From Promethearchaeota archaeon (GTDB lineage Archaea; Asgardarchaeota; Lokiarchaeia; Sigyniarchaeales; SOKP01): a stretch of 27,253 nucleotides of DNA. Location: contig JBHLOI010000045.1 of assembly GCA_048940645.1 (NCBI GenBank), positions 1-27,253 on the forward strand, read 5' to 3'. Positions 10,030 to 19,563 of the stretch are shown one piece after another. The stretch's first letter is position 1; the number at the start of each line of letters is the position of its first letter. The notes under the pieces are model-generated. The model was not told the origin of the DNA, did not search any database, and was given only the letters and a program-made list of their open reading frames with translations. The position numbers and the translations under genes were made by a program.

Positions 10030-10064
10030 ATTTCCTTTTTTATTCATAATTTTTTTTAAATTTT
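10030..10064. terminator. T-rich tract downstream of kbl, between convergent genes (probable oligo-U terminator)
   Basis: Several T-runs immediately after the kbl stop codon; archaeal intrinsic terminators are oligo-T. Confidence 0.45.
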
Positions 10065-10649
10065 TTATAAGGGCTTACACAGTATTGCTTTTACTCTTAA
10101 ATTTTTAAACTCACTAGTGGGTGCTGGTTTGATTAAGCATACAGTATCTGCTCCCTTTCCCGTTCCAGCAATTGCAATAACATCTCTATTTAAATCTGGA
10201 ATTAAACCGGCATCACAGATTGTCGCTGAAATTTCAATACAAACCTTTATTCCTTGACTAAACTGCCATCCTAAAATTTTTGCTAACAAATCCACAAATA
10301 TCCAAGCTTCTTTCCCTATTCTTAAACCTCTTTCAATTCCACTCATGGAATGGGTTCCAATATGAAACTTCAATCCTTTTTTTTTTAATAATTCTAATTT
10401 TTTCTCGGGAAATTCTTGTCTAATAGAACTATTTACAAAGTAATAAGCGTGGGTAACAATAACTATATTAAACTTTTCAGAATCAAAAATCTCTAGAGCC
10501 CTCTCTGCTGTCATTCCTGTAGTACTAGCAATAATGATATCTTGTATCCCATATTTATTAGCGTAATCATTTGCGATTTTTAAAGCCTTATCTGTATTTT
10601 GCGGACCCCCCTTCTCAAAATAAGTAACCTCAATACTTAAATCTGTCAT
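10065..10649 (-). CDS. Stand-alone pyruvate kinase alpha/beta (C-terminal)-like domain protein, MTH1675-like
   Basis: YFEKGGPQNT, IASTTGMTA, VVTH-like IVTH, FSQGIKVCIEI..DAGLIP, AGTGKGADT, ILCKP. Confidence 0.85.
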   Translation of the reverse strand: MTDLSIEVTYFEKGGPQNTDKALKIANDYANKYGIQDIIIASTTGMTAERALEIFDSEKFNIVIVTHAYYFVNSSIRQEFPEKKLELLKKKGLKFHIGTHSMSGIERGLRIGKEAWIFVDLLAKILGWQFSQGIKVCIEISATICDAGLIPDLNRDVIAIAGTGKGADTVCLIKPAPTSEFKNLRVKAILCKPL

Positions 10650-10825
10650 ATTATATCAAATTTCTTGATTATTAATAGTGTTTTAAAGTTAAATTAGAAT
10701 ATGATTCTATTTTAATGAATCTTTTTGAGATGGATATTTCTTTTGAAATAGTTTTAAAAAGATCAAAATCTAAATACATTTAATTATAATTTAATACGAA
10801 TTTAATCATAAATAAGGGATATCCT

Positions 10826-12280
10826 GTGATTGAAAGAAAAGTATCTTTAAAAGAAAAAATACTATTTGGGACAAACGCTTTTCCGGATCAAATTTGAGTG
10901 AATTATAAAGTCACCAAAGGTCAATTAACATATCAAGCGTTTACAATTTATGTTTTTACGTTTTATTTTGCAGTAGTAGGTCTTACAATGCTTGAAATGT
11001 GGATTGGGTTCGTTTTGTGGGGTATTTGGAACATGTTTAATGACCCTTTATTGGGGGCATTAAGTGAGAAAACGAAACAGAAAGGGAAATTGGGAAAACG
11101 GAAATTTTATTTAATTATTTCCTTTGTTCCTTTAGCGCTGATAATGATTTTACTTTTTATAGTACCTGCCAATTTTAAGTTTTGGTATTTTATATTCATA
11201 ATTTTTACCTTTGAATTCTTTTATACAATGTTTTCAGTAAATACTAATGCTGTATTCCCCGAAATGTTTCCAACAGAAAAACAAAGAGGAGACGTAAATG
11301 TCTTTATAAAGGCCTTTACTATGATTGCAGTAATACTTGCATCATTAATTCCCACGATTATTATTACTCCTTTAGTTCCAACAATTGACCCTATCCTTAA
11401 TCCAACTGATTATGCGGCACAAGTTGCTAAAATTCAATCTGAGTATATTATTTCAGGAATAATTCTGGGCGCTATAATAATAATTACAGCAGTGTTATTC
11501 ATCTTCTTTGGGGTAAAAGAAAAAGAAGAGCAGCCGAGTGATTTTGAAAAGAGACCAAGATTCTTTAAATCATTAAAAATAACATTTTCAAATAGAACAT
11601 TTATAAAATTTACATTTGGAAATATGTTAATCTGGTATTGCTTTAATGTGTTATTAACAGTGTTTCCTCTTTTTGCGGTTTATGTACTTGGAAGAACTGA
11701 GGGAGATTTTTTAATTGGTATAACATTGGCAATGGCACTTCTTTTTGCTGCTTTCTTCATGCCCCTTCAAGCATGGATCCGCAAAAAAGTAGGTACACGT
11801 AAAGGATTAATGATAGGTATGGGAATTTGGATCATTACATTATTCCCTTTAATACTGTTATCAAATAATGAAATAAGTAGAATCTTATCATTTGTAGTTT
11901 TTGCGACGATAGGATTTGGATTATCGGCTGCGTTATTTTTTATAGATATAATTCATGGTGATGTAATTGATCAAGATGCACTTAAGTTTGGTGTAAAAAG
12001 AGCTGGTAGTTATTATGGTGTTAATGCTTTTATTCATCGTTTTTCAATGATACTTGGAATTACAACTATTTATATCATATTTTCGGGAACTGGATGGAGT
12101 AAATATGTACCTGTTGTTGCTGATCCCGTTTTAAGAGAAATTGGTATAAAAGCTTTGATGTTTCTCTTTCCTTCAATAGCTCTTATTGGATCAATTCTCT
12201 TCTTCAAATCTTATGATTTACATGGTAAAAAACTCGAAGAAATGAGACAGGAATTAGAAAAGCATCCCGAATTAAAGTAA
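10826..12280 (+). CDS. GPH/MelB-like MFS transporter, split into exon 1 (10826-10891) and exon 2 (10925-12280); 473 aa if joined
   Basis: GTG 10826 opens MIERKVSLKEKILFGTNAFPDQ, a typical GPH N-terminus, in frame with the listed ORF (WNMFNDPLLGALSE, GKRK, DVIDQD...RAGSYYG). The two parts are separated by 33 nt containing TGA. Confidence 0.85.
10892..10924 (+). other. Candidate 33-nt bulge-helix-bulge (BHB/HBh') mRNA intron
   Basis: 4-bp helix GAUC (10886-89)/GGUC (10919-22); 3-nt bulges AAA (10890-92) and AAU (10923-25); intron stem UUUG-A-GUGA/UCAC-CAAA. Cutting after the second bulge nucleotide on each strand yields ...CCG GAT CAA|TTA ACA... Confidence 0.7.
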
Positions 12281-12415
12281 TTACTTTTTTTTTCTATTAT
12301 TTTTTATTCTAAATGGGAAATAGGTATTGAATATATTGAGTATATAAAAAAATAATGAAATAATTTAGAGATAAAGAAAACTAAAATTTAGTTTTGTTTG
12401 TTTACATAAATCTAG

Positions 12416-13129
12416 CTAAGCGGTTCTATGAGGTTTCGGCATGAAGTTATACAACCATAATGCAAATTCGCGAGGATTCCTTGATTGCATTATAACTCTC
12501 CCAGGACCCTTTAATTGAACAACAACCCCCTCTCCAGAGAGGAAAGTTGATTTCAATCCGCCTACTCTTTTGATATCAAAAGAAACGCTTGATTCCATCG
12601 CAACCAAATGACCATTATCGCAATTAAATAATTGATCTTTTTCTAATATAACTTCCATAAAGGCTCCCATAGCCCCAATGAATAAATCACCTGGACCATT
12701 TAACGCATCTATTTGCAAGTAAAATGCTCGCTCACCACCAAAAAAGGACCTCTTTAAACCCAAAAAGTTTGTTTGTGTTTCAAAATGTACTGAGCTTGCG
12801 ACAAAACATCCACTAAATAAAATCCAGCTTTCATTTTTCTCTAATGATAGGTGCATTAAGTCTCCTGGAAAAGATGGAGCTAAACCTAAGCTACCATCAT
12901 CTAGAGCATTAAAAGTATTCATAAAAAATGTTTCTCCAGCAAGAACACGTTTCAATGATTTTAAGAATCCCTTGGATGCTTTTTTCGTAGAAATTTCTAA
13001 TGTGGGATCAAAAAATATCATTGTTCCTCCTTCACATTGAATTGTTTGACCTTTTTTTAGAGCTACTTCTATATAAGAAAAAGTAGGCTTCTTCCTTACT
13101 TCAAATTCAAATTCTATTCCTTCCGTCAT
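12416..13129 (-). CDS. TIGR00266/AIM24 family protein
   Basis: LAGETFFMNTF, LAPSFPGD, DNGHLVA, SGEGVV..LKGPG.VIMQSRN. Confidence 0.9.
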   Translation of the reverse strand: MTEGIEFEFEVRKKPTFSYIEVALKKGQTIQCEGGTMIFFDPTLEISTKKASKGFLKSLKRVLAGETFFMNTFNALDDGSLGLAPSFPGDLMHLSLEKNESWILFSGCFVASSVHFETQTNFLGLKRSFFGGERAFYLQIDALNGPGDLFIGAMGAFMEVILEKDQLFNCDNGHLVAMESSVSFDIKRVGGLKSTFLSGEGVVVQLKGPGRVIMQSRNPREFALWLYNFMPKPHRTA

Positions 13130-13337
13130 AAATCAACACTTTCTATTGTTAAGTATCGGTTAAAGATTATTTCTAGCGTTTTTAAACTTTTGCACAATTC
13201 CCTTAATATCACCTTTAGAGTATCCATCAATAGTTATCTTCCTAATAATATATAAAATTCTATGAAATTATAATCAATTTTTTATTTGGAAAAAAAAGCA
13301 ACATATAAATGTAGAATAACAAAAAAATGAGAAATTT

Positions 13338-14270
13338 TTATCTTTTTAAACCTAAAATGTCTTTTGCTTCCTCCAGGGAAGCTGGTTCTCTTCCCATTTC
13401 TTTAGCTAACCTTACCATTCGTTCTACCAGTTGCGCATTATTTTTTACAAGTTCGCCTTTTCGATAATAAACAGTATCTTCAAGCCCTGTCCTGATATTT
13501 CCGCCCATGCACATAGCTATCATGGTTGTTCTAAGGTTATACCTTCCAATAGTTACTACTTGCCATGTGGAACCTTCAGGGAGAAGATCAACCATATTTA
13601 ATAGGTTTCTAACTGTTGCCGGTGCACCTCCTTTAATGCCTAGCACTATACTAAAGTGAAGTTTTTCATTCGGTTCAAAGACACCCATATCGACTAAATC
13701 CATAATATTTGCAATATGACTCGTGTCATATACTTCTATTTCTATACCAGTACCAATTTTTTTACATCTATCAATATATTTTTTGTTAAAATCTATTGGA
13801 TTATTAAACAGTGATGCGGTTGCCATTCCCTTCATATTAGTTCTAAATTCAAAAGTACCAGCATTTATAGTGAACATATCAGGTTGCGGATTTATATTTA
13901 ACAAATTGAGTCTTTCTCCTAATGTTGCCATTTTAAGGGCTGTACCATACCTTCTACCTGATTTACTTACCTTTACACCATATTCTAAACGAGCACCAAT
14001 TCCGTTGCCAATTTGAGTAATAATTGGACATTTTTCTTGTATTAATCTCACTGTCTTATTATAAACATTTAGATCAGGAGTTGATTGTCCATCTTCGCCT
14101 CTTACATGGATATGACATACTGTTGCTCCAGCTTCGTAGCATTCTAATGCATCTTTCGCTTGTTCTTCCGGAGTTATGGGCAAACTTGGATTGGACCATT
14201 TCCCATGAGCTCCTCCTGTAATTGCTGCGGTAATAATTACTTTCTCTTCTGATAATAGATTTGGTCTCAA
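13338..14270 (-). CDS. 3-keto-5-aminohexanoate cleavage enzyme family (BKACE/DUF849)
   Basis: VIITAAITG, LPITPEE, AGATVCHIHVR (HxH), EIEVYD, GGNIRTGLED. Confidence 0.92.
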   Translation of the reverse strand: MRPNLLSEEKVIITAAITGGAHGKWSNPSLPITPEEQAKDALECYEAGATVCHIHVRGEDGQSTPDLNVYNKTVRLIQEKCPIITQIGNGIGARLEYGVKVSKSGRRYGTALKMATLGERLNLLNINPQPDMFTINAGTFEFRTNMKGMATASLFNNPIDFNKKYIDRCKKIGTGIEIEVYDTSHIANIMDLVDMGVFEPNEKLHFSIVLGIKGGAPATVRNLLNMVDLLPEGSTWQVVTIGRYNLRTTMIAMCMGGNIRTGLEDTVYYRKGELVKNNAQLVERMVRLAKEMGREPASLEEAKDILGLKR

Positions 14271-14428
14271 ATCTGTAATAACCTCTTATTTAATTTAGTT
14301 TATTATATTTGAAACTTATAGAGAAGCATATTTATATTTTATGTTAAAATGAAAATGGATTAAAACATTAATAAATTATTTAAAATATTTCAATAGCAAC
14401 CATAAAATAGATTACAGCAATGTAAAAA

Positions 14429-15358
14429 ATGACTGATGTAAATATAACTTTTTCAATTTCCTTAATAATTATAGTAATTGGGTATCTGATTAAAAAAATT
14501 AATATTATTTCCGAGGAAAATGGTAATATCATTGCTAAAATTATTTTTAACATCACATTACCAGCAGTTATATTAAAAATTACAAGTACTTTAACATTTG
14601 AACTTTCATTAATCCTTCTACCAATAGTTAATATTACTTTTGGCTTATTAATGGCAGGGATAGGATTAATCTATTTTAGAAAAAACCCCAATAATCTTAA
14701 AGGGCTCTTATTGATGTCGATTATAGGGTTTAATGTCGCACATTTCTCCTTTCCGTTAATAGGAGGAATATGGGGCGAACAGGGAATGCAATATATAGCA
14801 CTTATAGATGCTGGAAACGCTTTTACTATTTTTGTATTATGTTATTTCATTGGTTCTCTATTTTCTCCTAAAAATCAATTGGAGGGTAAGGTTGATCTTA
14901 AAATTATTTTAAAGAAATTATTACGTTCAGCCCCTTTATTAAGTTATATTATTGCCATGATAATAAATTTCTCTGGAATAACTTTACCCTTTTTCATTTA
15001 TGATACTTTAGATATTTTTGCTCGAGCTAATACAGCACTATCACTTCTTTTACTAGGGATCTTTTTAAACTTTAAATTTGAAAAGGCAGAATGGCTTAAT
15101 ATCTTAAAAGTATTGATTTTAAGGTATTTTATAGGTTTATTCGTAGGACTACTATTATTTTTTCTATTACCTCCTCAATTTGATCAGCTTTTCAGGATTA
15201 TTCTTGCTATATCTTTAATTTTACCTTTAGGTCTAGCAGTTATACCATTTTCCGTAGAATTTGATTATGATAAAAAATTCATTACTGTTATAGTAAATTT
15301 GTCTATTATAATTAGTTTCATACTTATTTGGATTTTAATTTTAATCCTAAGCGAATAA
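14429..15358 (+). CDS. AEC (auxin efflux carrier/malate permease) family transporter
   Basis: About 10 TM segments, FNITLPA, GFNVAHFSFPLI..IWG, LSLLLLGIFL, ILRY. Confidence 0.85.
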   Translation: MTDVNITFSISLIIIVIGYLIKKINIISEENGNIIAKIIFNITLPAVILKITSTLTFELSLILLPIVNITFGLLMAGIGLIYFRKNPNNLKGLLLMSIIGFNVAHFSFPLIGGIWGEQGMQYIALIDAGNAFTIFVLCYFIGSLFSPKNQLEGKVDLKIILKKLLRSAPLLSYIIAMIINFSGITLPFFIYDTLDIFARANTALSLLLLGIFLNFKFEKAEWLNILKVLILRYFIGLFVGLLLFFLLPPQFDQLFRIILAISLILPLGLAVIPFSVEFDYDKKFITVIVNLSIIISFILIWILILILSE

Positions 15359-15397
15359 AAAATAAAAATTAACTTAAAAAATTGATAAAAAATAGAT

Positions 15398-16192
15398 TTA
15401 TTTAATTTTTTTTGCCTGCGAAATCCAATCCTTAATATCTGCTAATTCTGGAACTTTTCTAATTACATTAGGTTTCTTTTTATCAAATTCAATCAATTTA
15501 TCCAATGTACTTTGTGGGGTTCTTTTTGCTAGCTCTTTTACAGAATCAACCCCAGTTTGATTTAAAGCATCTGAATATTCTGGACCTATCCCAATAATTC
15601 TCATTAAGTCAGCATGTTCTTGCCATTTATCAATCATTTTTGCAGAGATTTTAGTTTTTGTTGATATTTCTTTCTTGGATTTATTGGTTAATGGCAAAAG
15701 ATCTTCAACTGTCTTAAGTCCAACTTTTCCTAAAGTTCTTGCATATTTGACTCCTATACCTTCGATGTCAATTAAGTCCATTTTGGGGGTTTTTTTAAGC
15801 TTTTTTTCTTCATACATATCTTTTGCTATAGCGATCCAACTTTCAACCTGTTTTAATGTTGGAATTTTTCTGATTACATTGGGTCTTCTTTTGTCAATAG
15901 CCTTAATTTTATCTAAAGTATTTTTAGCGTTTCTACGAGAGAGTTCTTTAACAGAGTCAATTCCCGCCTTATTCAAAGCTTCAGCATATTCTGGTCCAAT
16001 GCCCTTTAATTTTATTAAATCTGCTTGTTCTTGCCATTTGTCTATTCTTTTTGAGGAGATTTTAGTTTTTACTGCAAGTTCATTAATTTGCTCCCATGTT
16101 AACTTAGATAAATCTTCAACTTCAGTGTACCCGGCTCTCCCTAATTTTAAAGCATATTTTTTTCCAATGCCTTCAATTTCAACAATTTTCAT
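15398..16192 (-). CDS. DUF4332 domain protein with two tandem copies (helix-hairpin-helix-like)
   Basis: IEGIG.KYA..L...G, IDKWQE.ADL, GIGPEY..AL...G.DSVKEL..R and RPNVIRK.P-type motifs each occur twice. Confidence 0.85.
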   Translation of the reverse strand: MKIVEIEGIGKKYALKLGRAGYTEVEDLSKLTWEQINELAVKTKISSKRIDKWQEQADLIKLKGIGPEYAEALNKAGIDSVKELSRRNAKNTLDKIKAIDKRRPNVIRKIPTLKQVESWIAIAKDMYEEKKLKKTPKMDLIDIEGIGVKYARTLGKVGLKTVEDLLPLTNKSKKEISTKTKISAKMIDKWQEHADLMRIIGIGPEYSDALNQTGVDSVKELAKRTPQSTLDKLIEFDKKKPNVIRKVPELADIKDWISQAKKIK

Positions 16193-16719
16193 GTTTTTTA
16201 CCTCTCAATAATTATATTGATTTGTAATTTAATTTAGATGCTTTGTTTTAAAAATTAATCCTTTATAACCTAAAAAATATAGAAATAATTCGCAAGGAGT
16301 TTCAATATTTAAAAATTTAAATTGATTAAAAATAATGATTATCTATCATGGAAATCTATTACAAATTTGTTAATAAATGCTATTCAGATATTAGTATTCT
16401 GTTTCTATTCTTCTTTCAATAAAGAGGGGATTTCTTATCAAAATAAAAGACACTAATTATTTAAAATACATTGGAATAACATTCTTAATAATGCTACTTT
16501 ACCTTGGAAGTGCCTCATTTTTTTATTTTTTAATTGCAAAAGTAATCCTAATGACATGAATATTTTTTGTCTTGAATTTATAAACTTTTTATTGGAAAAC
16601 CCTATTTTTGATTTTCTATATACTGAAATTTCTAATAATTTTTAGATAGAAATAATAAATAGCATATCTAACAGTATTAATTAATAATTTACTAATTTTT
16701 AATTAATTATGAATTAAGA

Positions 16720-17508
16720 TTGGTGTTAAATTTGGAGAAAAACAAAAAATTGGTATTGCAGATTTTAAATCTTTTAACCTTTATAGCAGTTGTAGTCATA
16801 AATTACTTAGCAATTAGTTTACCTCTCGGTTATGGTAGTACTCAAGAATTATCTGATGCCATTCCAAACTTATTTGTTCCGGTGGGATTAACATTTTCGA
16901 TTTGGGGAATTATATATATACTTCTAGGTCTTTTTTCGGTCTATCAACTAAGAGATATCTTTAAATCGGATAAAATTGAAATGCCCTATTTAGAAAAAGT
17001 TAGCTATTTTTTTATTATAAGCAATGTGGCTAATTTTACCTGGATTCTACTATGGCATTATCAGCTTGTACCATTATCATTAATAGCTATGCTGATAATA
17101 TTGGTTTCTTTACTTCTTATTTATATCCGTTTAAATATTGGAAAGAGTAAAGTTTCTAAACTCGAAAAAATTGCTGTACATATTCCTTTTAGTGTGTATT
17201 TGGGCTGGATAACGGTTGCAACTATCGCAAATGTTACTGCTGCTCTGGTGGTTTCTGGAGTGGAAAGTTATGGATTATTAGCAGAGATTTTGACGATTTT
17301 CGTTATTGCTGTAGCAGTTATCATTACTTATGCAATGCTTATTGTTCGAACAGATATTGCTTATAGTCTTGTTGTTTTATGGGCGTCTTTAGGCATATTC
17401 CTTAAACAGTTGGAACTAAATTTGGTGATTGCTATAACTGCACTAACTGCAGTTGTTTTAATTTCAATAGGTATCGTATTAATAATTGTGTTGAAATTAA
17501 AGAGATAA
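16720..17508 (+). CDS. TspO-related (tryptophan-rich sensory-like) membrane protein
   Basis: NLFVPVGLTFSIWGIIY, N..WILLWH, PFSVYLGWITVATIANV, VVLWASLGI. Confidence 0.75.
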   Translation: MVLNLEKNKKLVLQILNLLTFIAVVVINYLAISLPLGYGSTQELSDAIPNLFVPVGLTFSIWGIIYILLGLFSVYQLRDIFKSDKIEMPYLEKVSYFFIISNVANFTWILLWHYQLVPLSLIAMLIILVSLLLIYIRLNIGKSKVSKLEKIAVHIPFSVYLGWITVATIANVTAALVVSGVESYGLLAEILTIFVIAVAVIITYAMLIVRTDIAYSLVVLWASLGIFLKQLELNLVIAITALTAVVLISIGIVLIIVLKLKR

Positions 17509-17636
17509 ATCAGAATTCACATTTTTTAATTTTTTATTTTTATTTTTTCATTTTTATTAGTAAACAATCAAAGAATTAAATTCAAGTTTAAATAATATAT
17601 TATTATATTTTAAAAAAGAGTTATATCATTATTAAG

Positions 17637-18809
17637 ATGAACAATAATTCAATTCAAATTATAGAATTAACTCCAATACACGTTCCTTTTAAAGATCCAG
17701 TTAAAAAAGCTATGGTTGAAACTGAGGGAGGATTAGGAATGGCAATTGGAGCAGAAGAGCCATGGTTAGGTGGAGATTTTGTAATATGCAAGCTTATTAC
17801 CAAAGATGGCATAATAGGCCTTGGTGAAGTTTTTATATGGCTTCCTGAAACAGGAATCACACCTGATCAAATTATTGACTCAATTCGAAACAGTTTAAGT
17901 AAATTTATCTTAGGAGAGAATCCCTTTAATATTGAAAAGATTAATTATCGAATGGACGCAAACTTAGCTCGACAAGAAGTCGCTAAGGGAATTTTAGATA
18001 TGGCCTGTTATGATTTAATGGGAAAGATAGCCGAACGTCCAGCTTGTGACTTTATGGGAGGAAAGAGTGTAGAAGAAATACCATTAGCAGCACTTATTCC
18101 ATTAGGTAAACCAATTCTAATGAAAGGTATAGTCAGATCTTATTATAAGAAAGGTTTCAGAACTTTTAGATTAAAGTTAGGAAGAGGAATTCAACAAGAT
18201 GTTGAAATTGTAGAAACTATAAGAAATACATTTGGAGATGATATCAGATTAAGAGTAGATTATAATCAAGTATACGATCCTCAAATGGCTGTTCAAGCGA
18301 TAAATGCTATCGAATCGTATGGAATCGATTATGCTGAACAACCTGTAAAAGCAAATGATTACTTAGGAATGAAATTTGTCCAACAAAACGTAAATGTACC
18401 TCTAATGGCACATGAAGGCTTTTTTTCTTTAAAAGACTTTATTACGTTAGTAGAACTTGACGCTGTAAGAATACTTGGTGTTAATTCAGAACGCCCTGGT
18501 GGAGTAACCAAAGCGTTAAAGGCGATAAATTATGCTAAAACACGTGGCCTTGGAATTGTATTACATAATCAACCTTTAGGAATCGCATCTGCTATGCTTA
18601 TTCATTTAAATGTAGCGAAGTATCATTCGATTGATAATGCAACTGAACTCTTTGGCCAAGAAATGTTAGTTGATGATTTAATTTTAAAACCAATTAATTA
18701 TGATAATGGAAGAGCCAAATTACCAGAAGGCTCCGGATGGGGAGTAAAACTCGATGAAAATTCATTAGAAAGATTTGCTACAAGTTCAACTATTACTTTG
18801 GAAAAATGA
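17637..18809 (+). CDS. Mandelate racemase/muconate lactonizing enzyme (enolase superfamily) protein
   Basis: G.IGLGE, LGENPF, AKGILDMACYDLMGK, LRVDYNQ, AEQP, P.GSGWGV. Confidence 0.9.
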   Translation: MNNNSIQIIELTPIHVPFKDPVKKAMVETEGGLGMAIGAEEPWLGGDFVICKLITKDGIIGLGEVFIWLPETGITPDQIIDSIRNSLSKFILGENPFNIEKINYRMDANLARQEVAKGILDMACYDLMGKIAERPACDFMGGKSVEEIPLAALIPLGKPILMKGIVRSYYKKGFRTFRLKLGRGIQQDVEIVETIRNTFGDDIRLRVDYNQVYDPQMAVQAINAIESYGIDYAEQPVKANDYLGMKFVQQNVNVPLMAHEGFFSLKDFITLVELDAVRILGVNSERPGGVTKALKAINYAKTRGLGIVLHNQPLGIASAMLIHLNVAKYHSIDNATELFGQEMLVDDLILKPINYDNGRAKLPEGSGWGVKLDENSLERFATSSTITLEK

Positions 18810-18810
18810 G

Positions 18811-19479
18811 TTAAATCTCTGGATCCACCCTTTTTTTTTTAGAAATTAAACGAAACAGATAATAGATTGAAATAAATGCTTCTGGTAGCCACTTTTTAAG
18901 GAGTATAACTGTTAACCAAGAACCAAATATTGCTGATAAGAAAAATAAAGATTCATGTATAAATTCAAAAGGTACTCCTTTATAATTAAAAAATAATAAA
19001 AAAACAATTCGAAAAATGTTCATAATATAAATTCCGAGCACTGTAATGGTTAAAGTCTTTGTTTTTCTTAATATAAAATTTTTTTTACTTAGAGATGTTT
19101 TTGAAGGAGGTACAAGTAAAATTACACTAATTATAATACTAAATACATGGGCCGCAATACAACTTGTAGTTATAGCGTAGTTTTGAATAAATGGGTGATC
19201 AGGTATAAAAATTGAAGGAAATAAATTATGGTTCGGATCTATAATAACTTGAGAATTCATACCAAAAAAAGTGTTCAAAATAAAAGATATTTGCATTGAT
19301 GTAAATTCATATATCCAATGATTAATTTTAAGTTGCAAAAAGAAATAAATTAAAAGCGCAATTAAGGGAGTACCTAAGAGTAAAATGATAATTTGGGTAG
19401 TGGAAAACTTATAAGTCTTTCCATCAAGATTAAGTATTAGTTTCTGATAATACCTTTGTTTAACTTGACTTTCCTTCAT
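18811..19479 (-). CDS. Archaeosortase/exosortase family transpeptidase
   Basis: Multi-TM protein with Cys (ITTSCIA), Arg (MNIFRIV) and His (FIHES) in the expected order. Confidence 0.8.
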   Translation of the reverse strand: MKESQVKQRYYQKLILNLDGKTYKFSTTQIIILLLGTPLIALLIYFFLQLKINHWIYEFTSMQISFILNTFFGMNSQVIIDPNHNLFPSIFIPDHPFIQNYAITTSCIAAHVFSIIISVILLVPPSKTSLSKKNFILRKTKTLTITVLGIYIMNIFRIVFLLFFNYKGVPFEFIHESLFFLSAIFGSWLTVILLKKWLPEAFISIYYLFRLISKKKRVDPEI

Positions 19480-19563
19480 GTTCTACCCATAAGGAATATG
19501 TTTAACTCGACTTAATTTATAATTATTAAAAAAAAGAAATAAGAATTATTATATTTGACAATT

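Noticed and set aside
10895-10897. TGA as selenocysteine or read-through codon
   Set aside because: Read-through would keep 11 extra, mostly polar residues within TM1. No SECIS was recognised and the position is not a plausible redox site.
10898-10924. ORF-track start of the MFS gene at GTG 10898 (MNYKVTKGQ...)
   Set aside because: It lies inside the hairpin insert and would drop the family-typical SLKEKILFG N-terminus and half of TM1.
10888-10924. 33-bp insert as a MITE or transposon footprint with a TCAA target duplication
   Set aside because: Not excluded but disfavoured. The TCAA repeat follows from the near-palindromic GAUC/GGUC helix plus A-rich bulges, and both 3-nt bulges fall exactly at EndA register.
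15675-16211. 178-aa plus-strand ORF
   Set aside because: Antisense shadow of the DUF4332 gene with no motif of its own.
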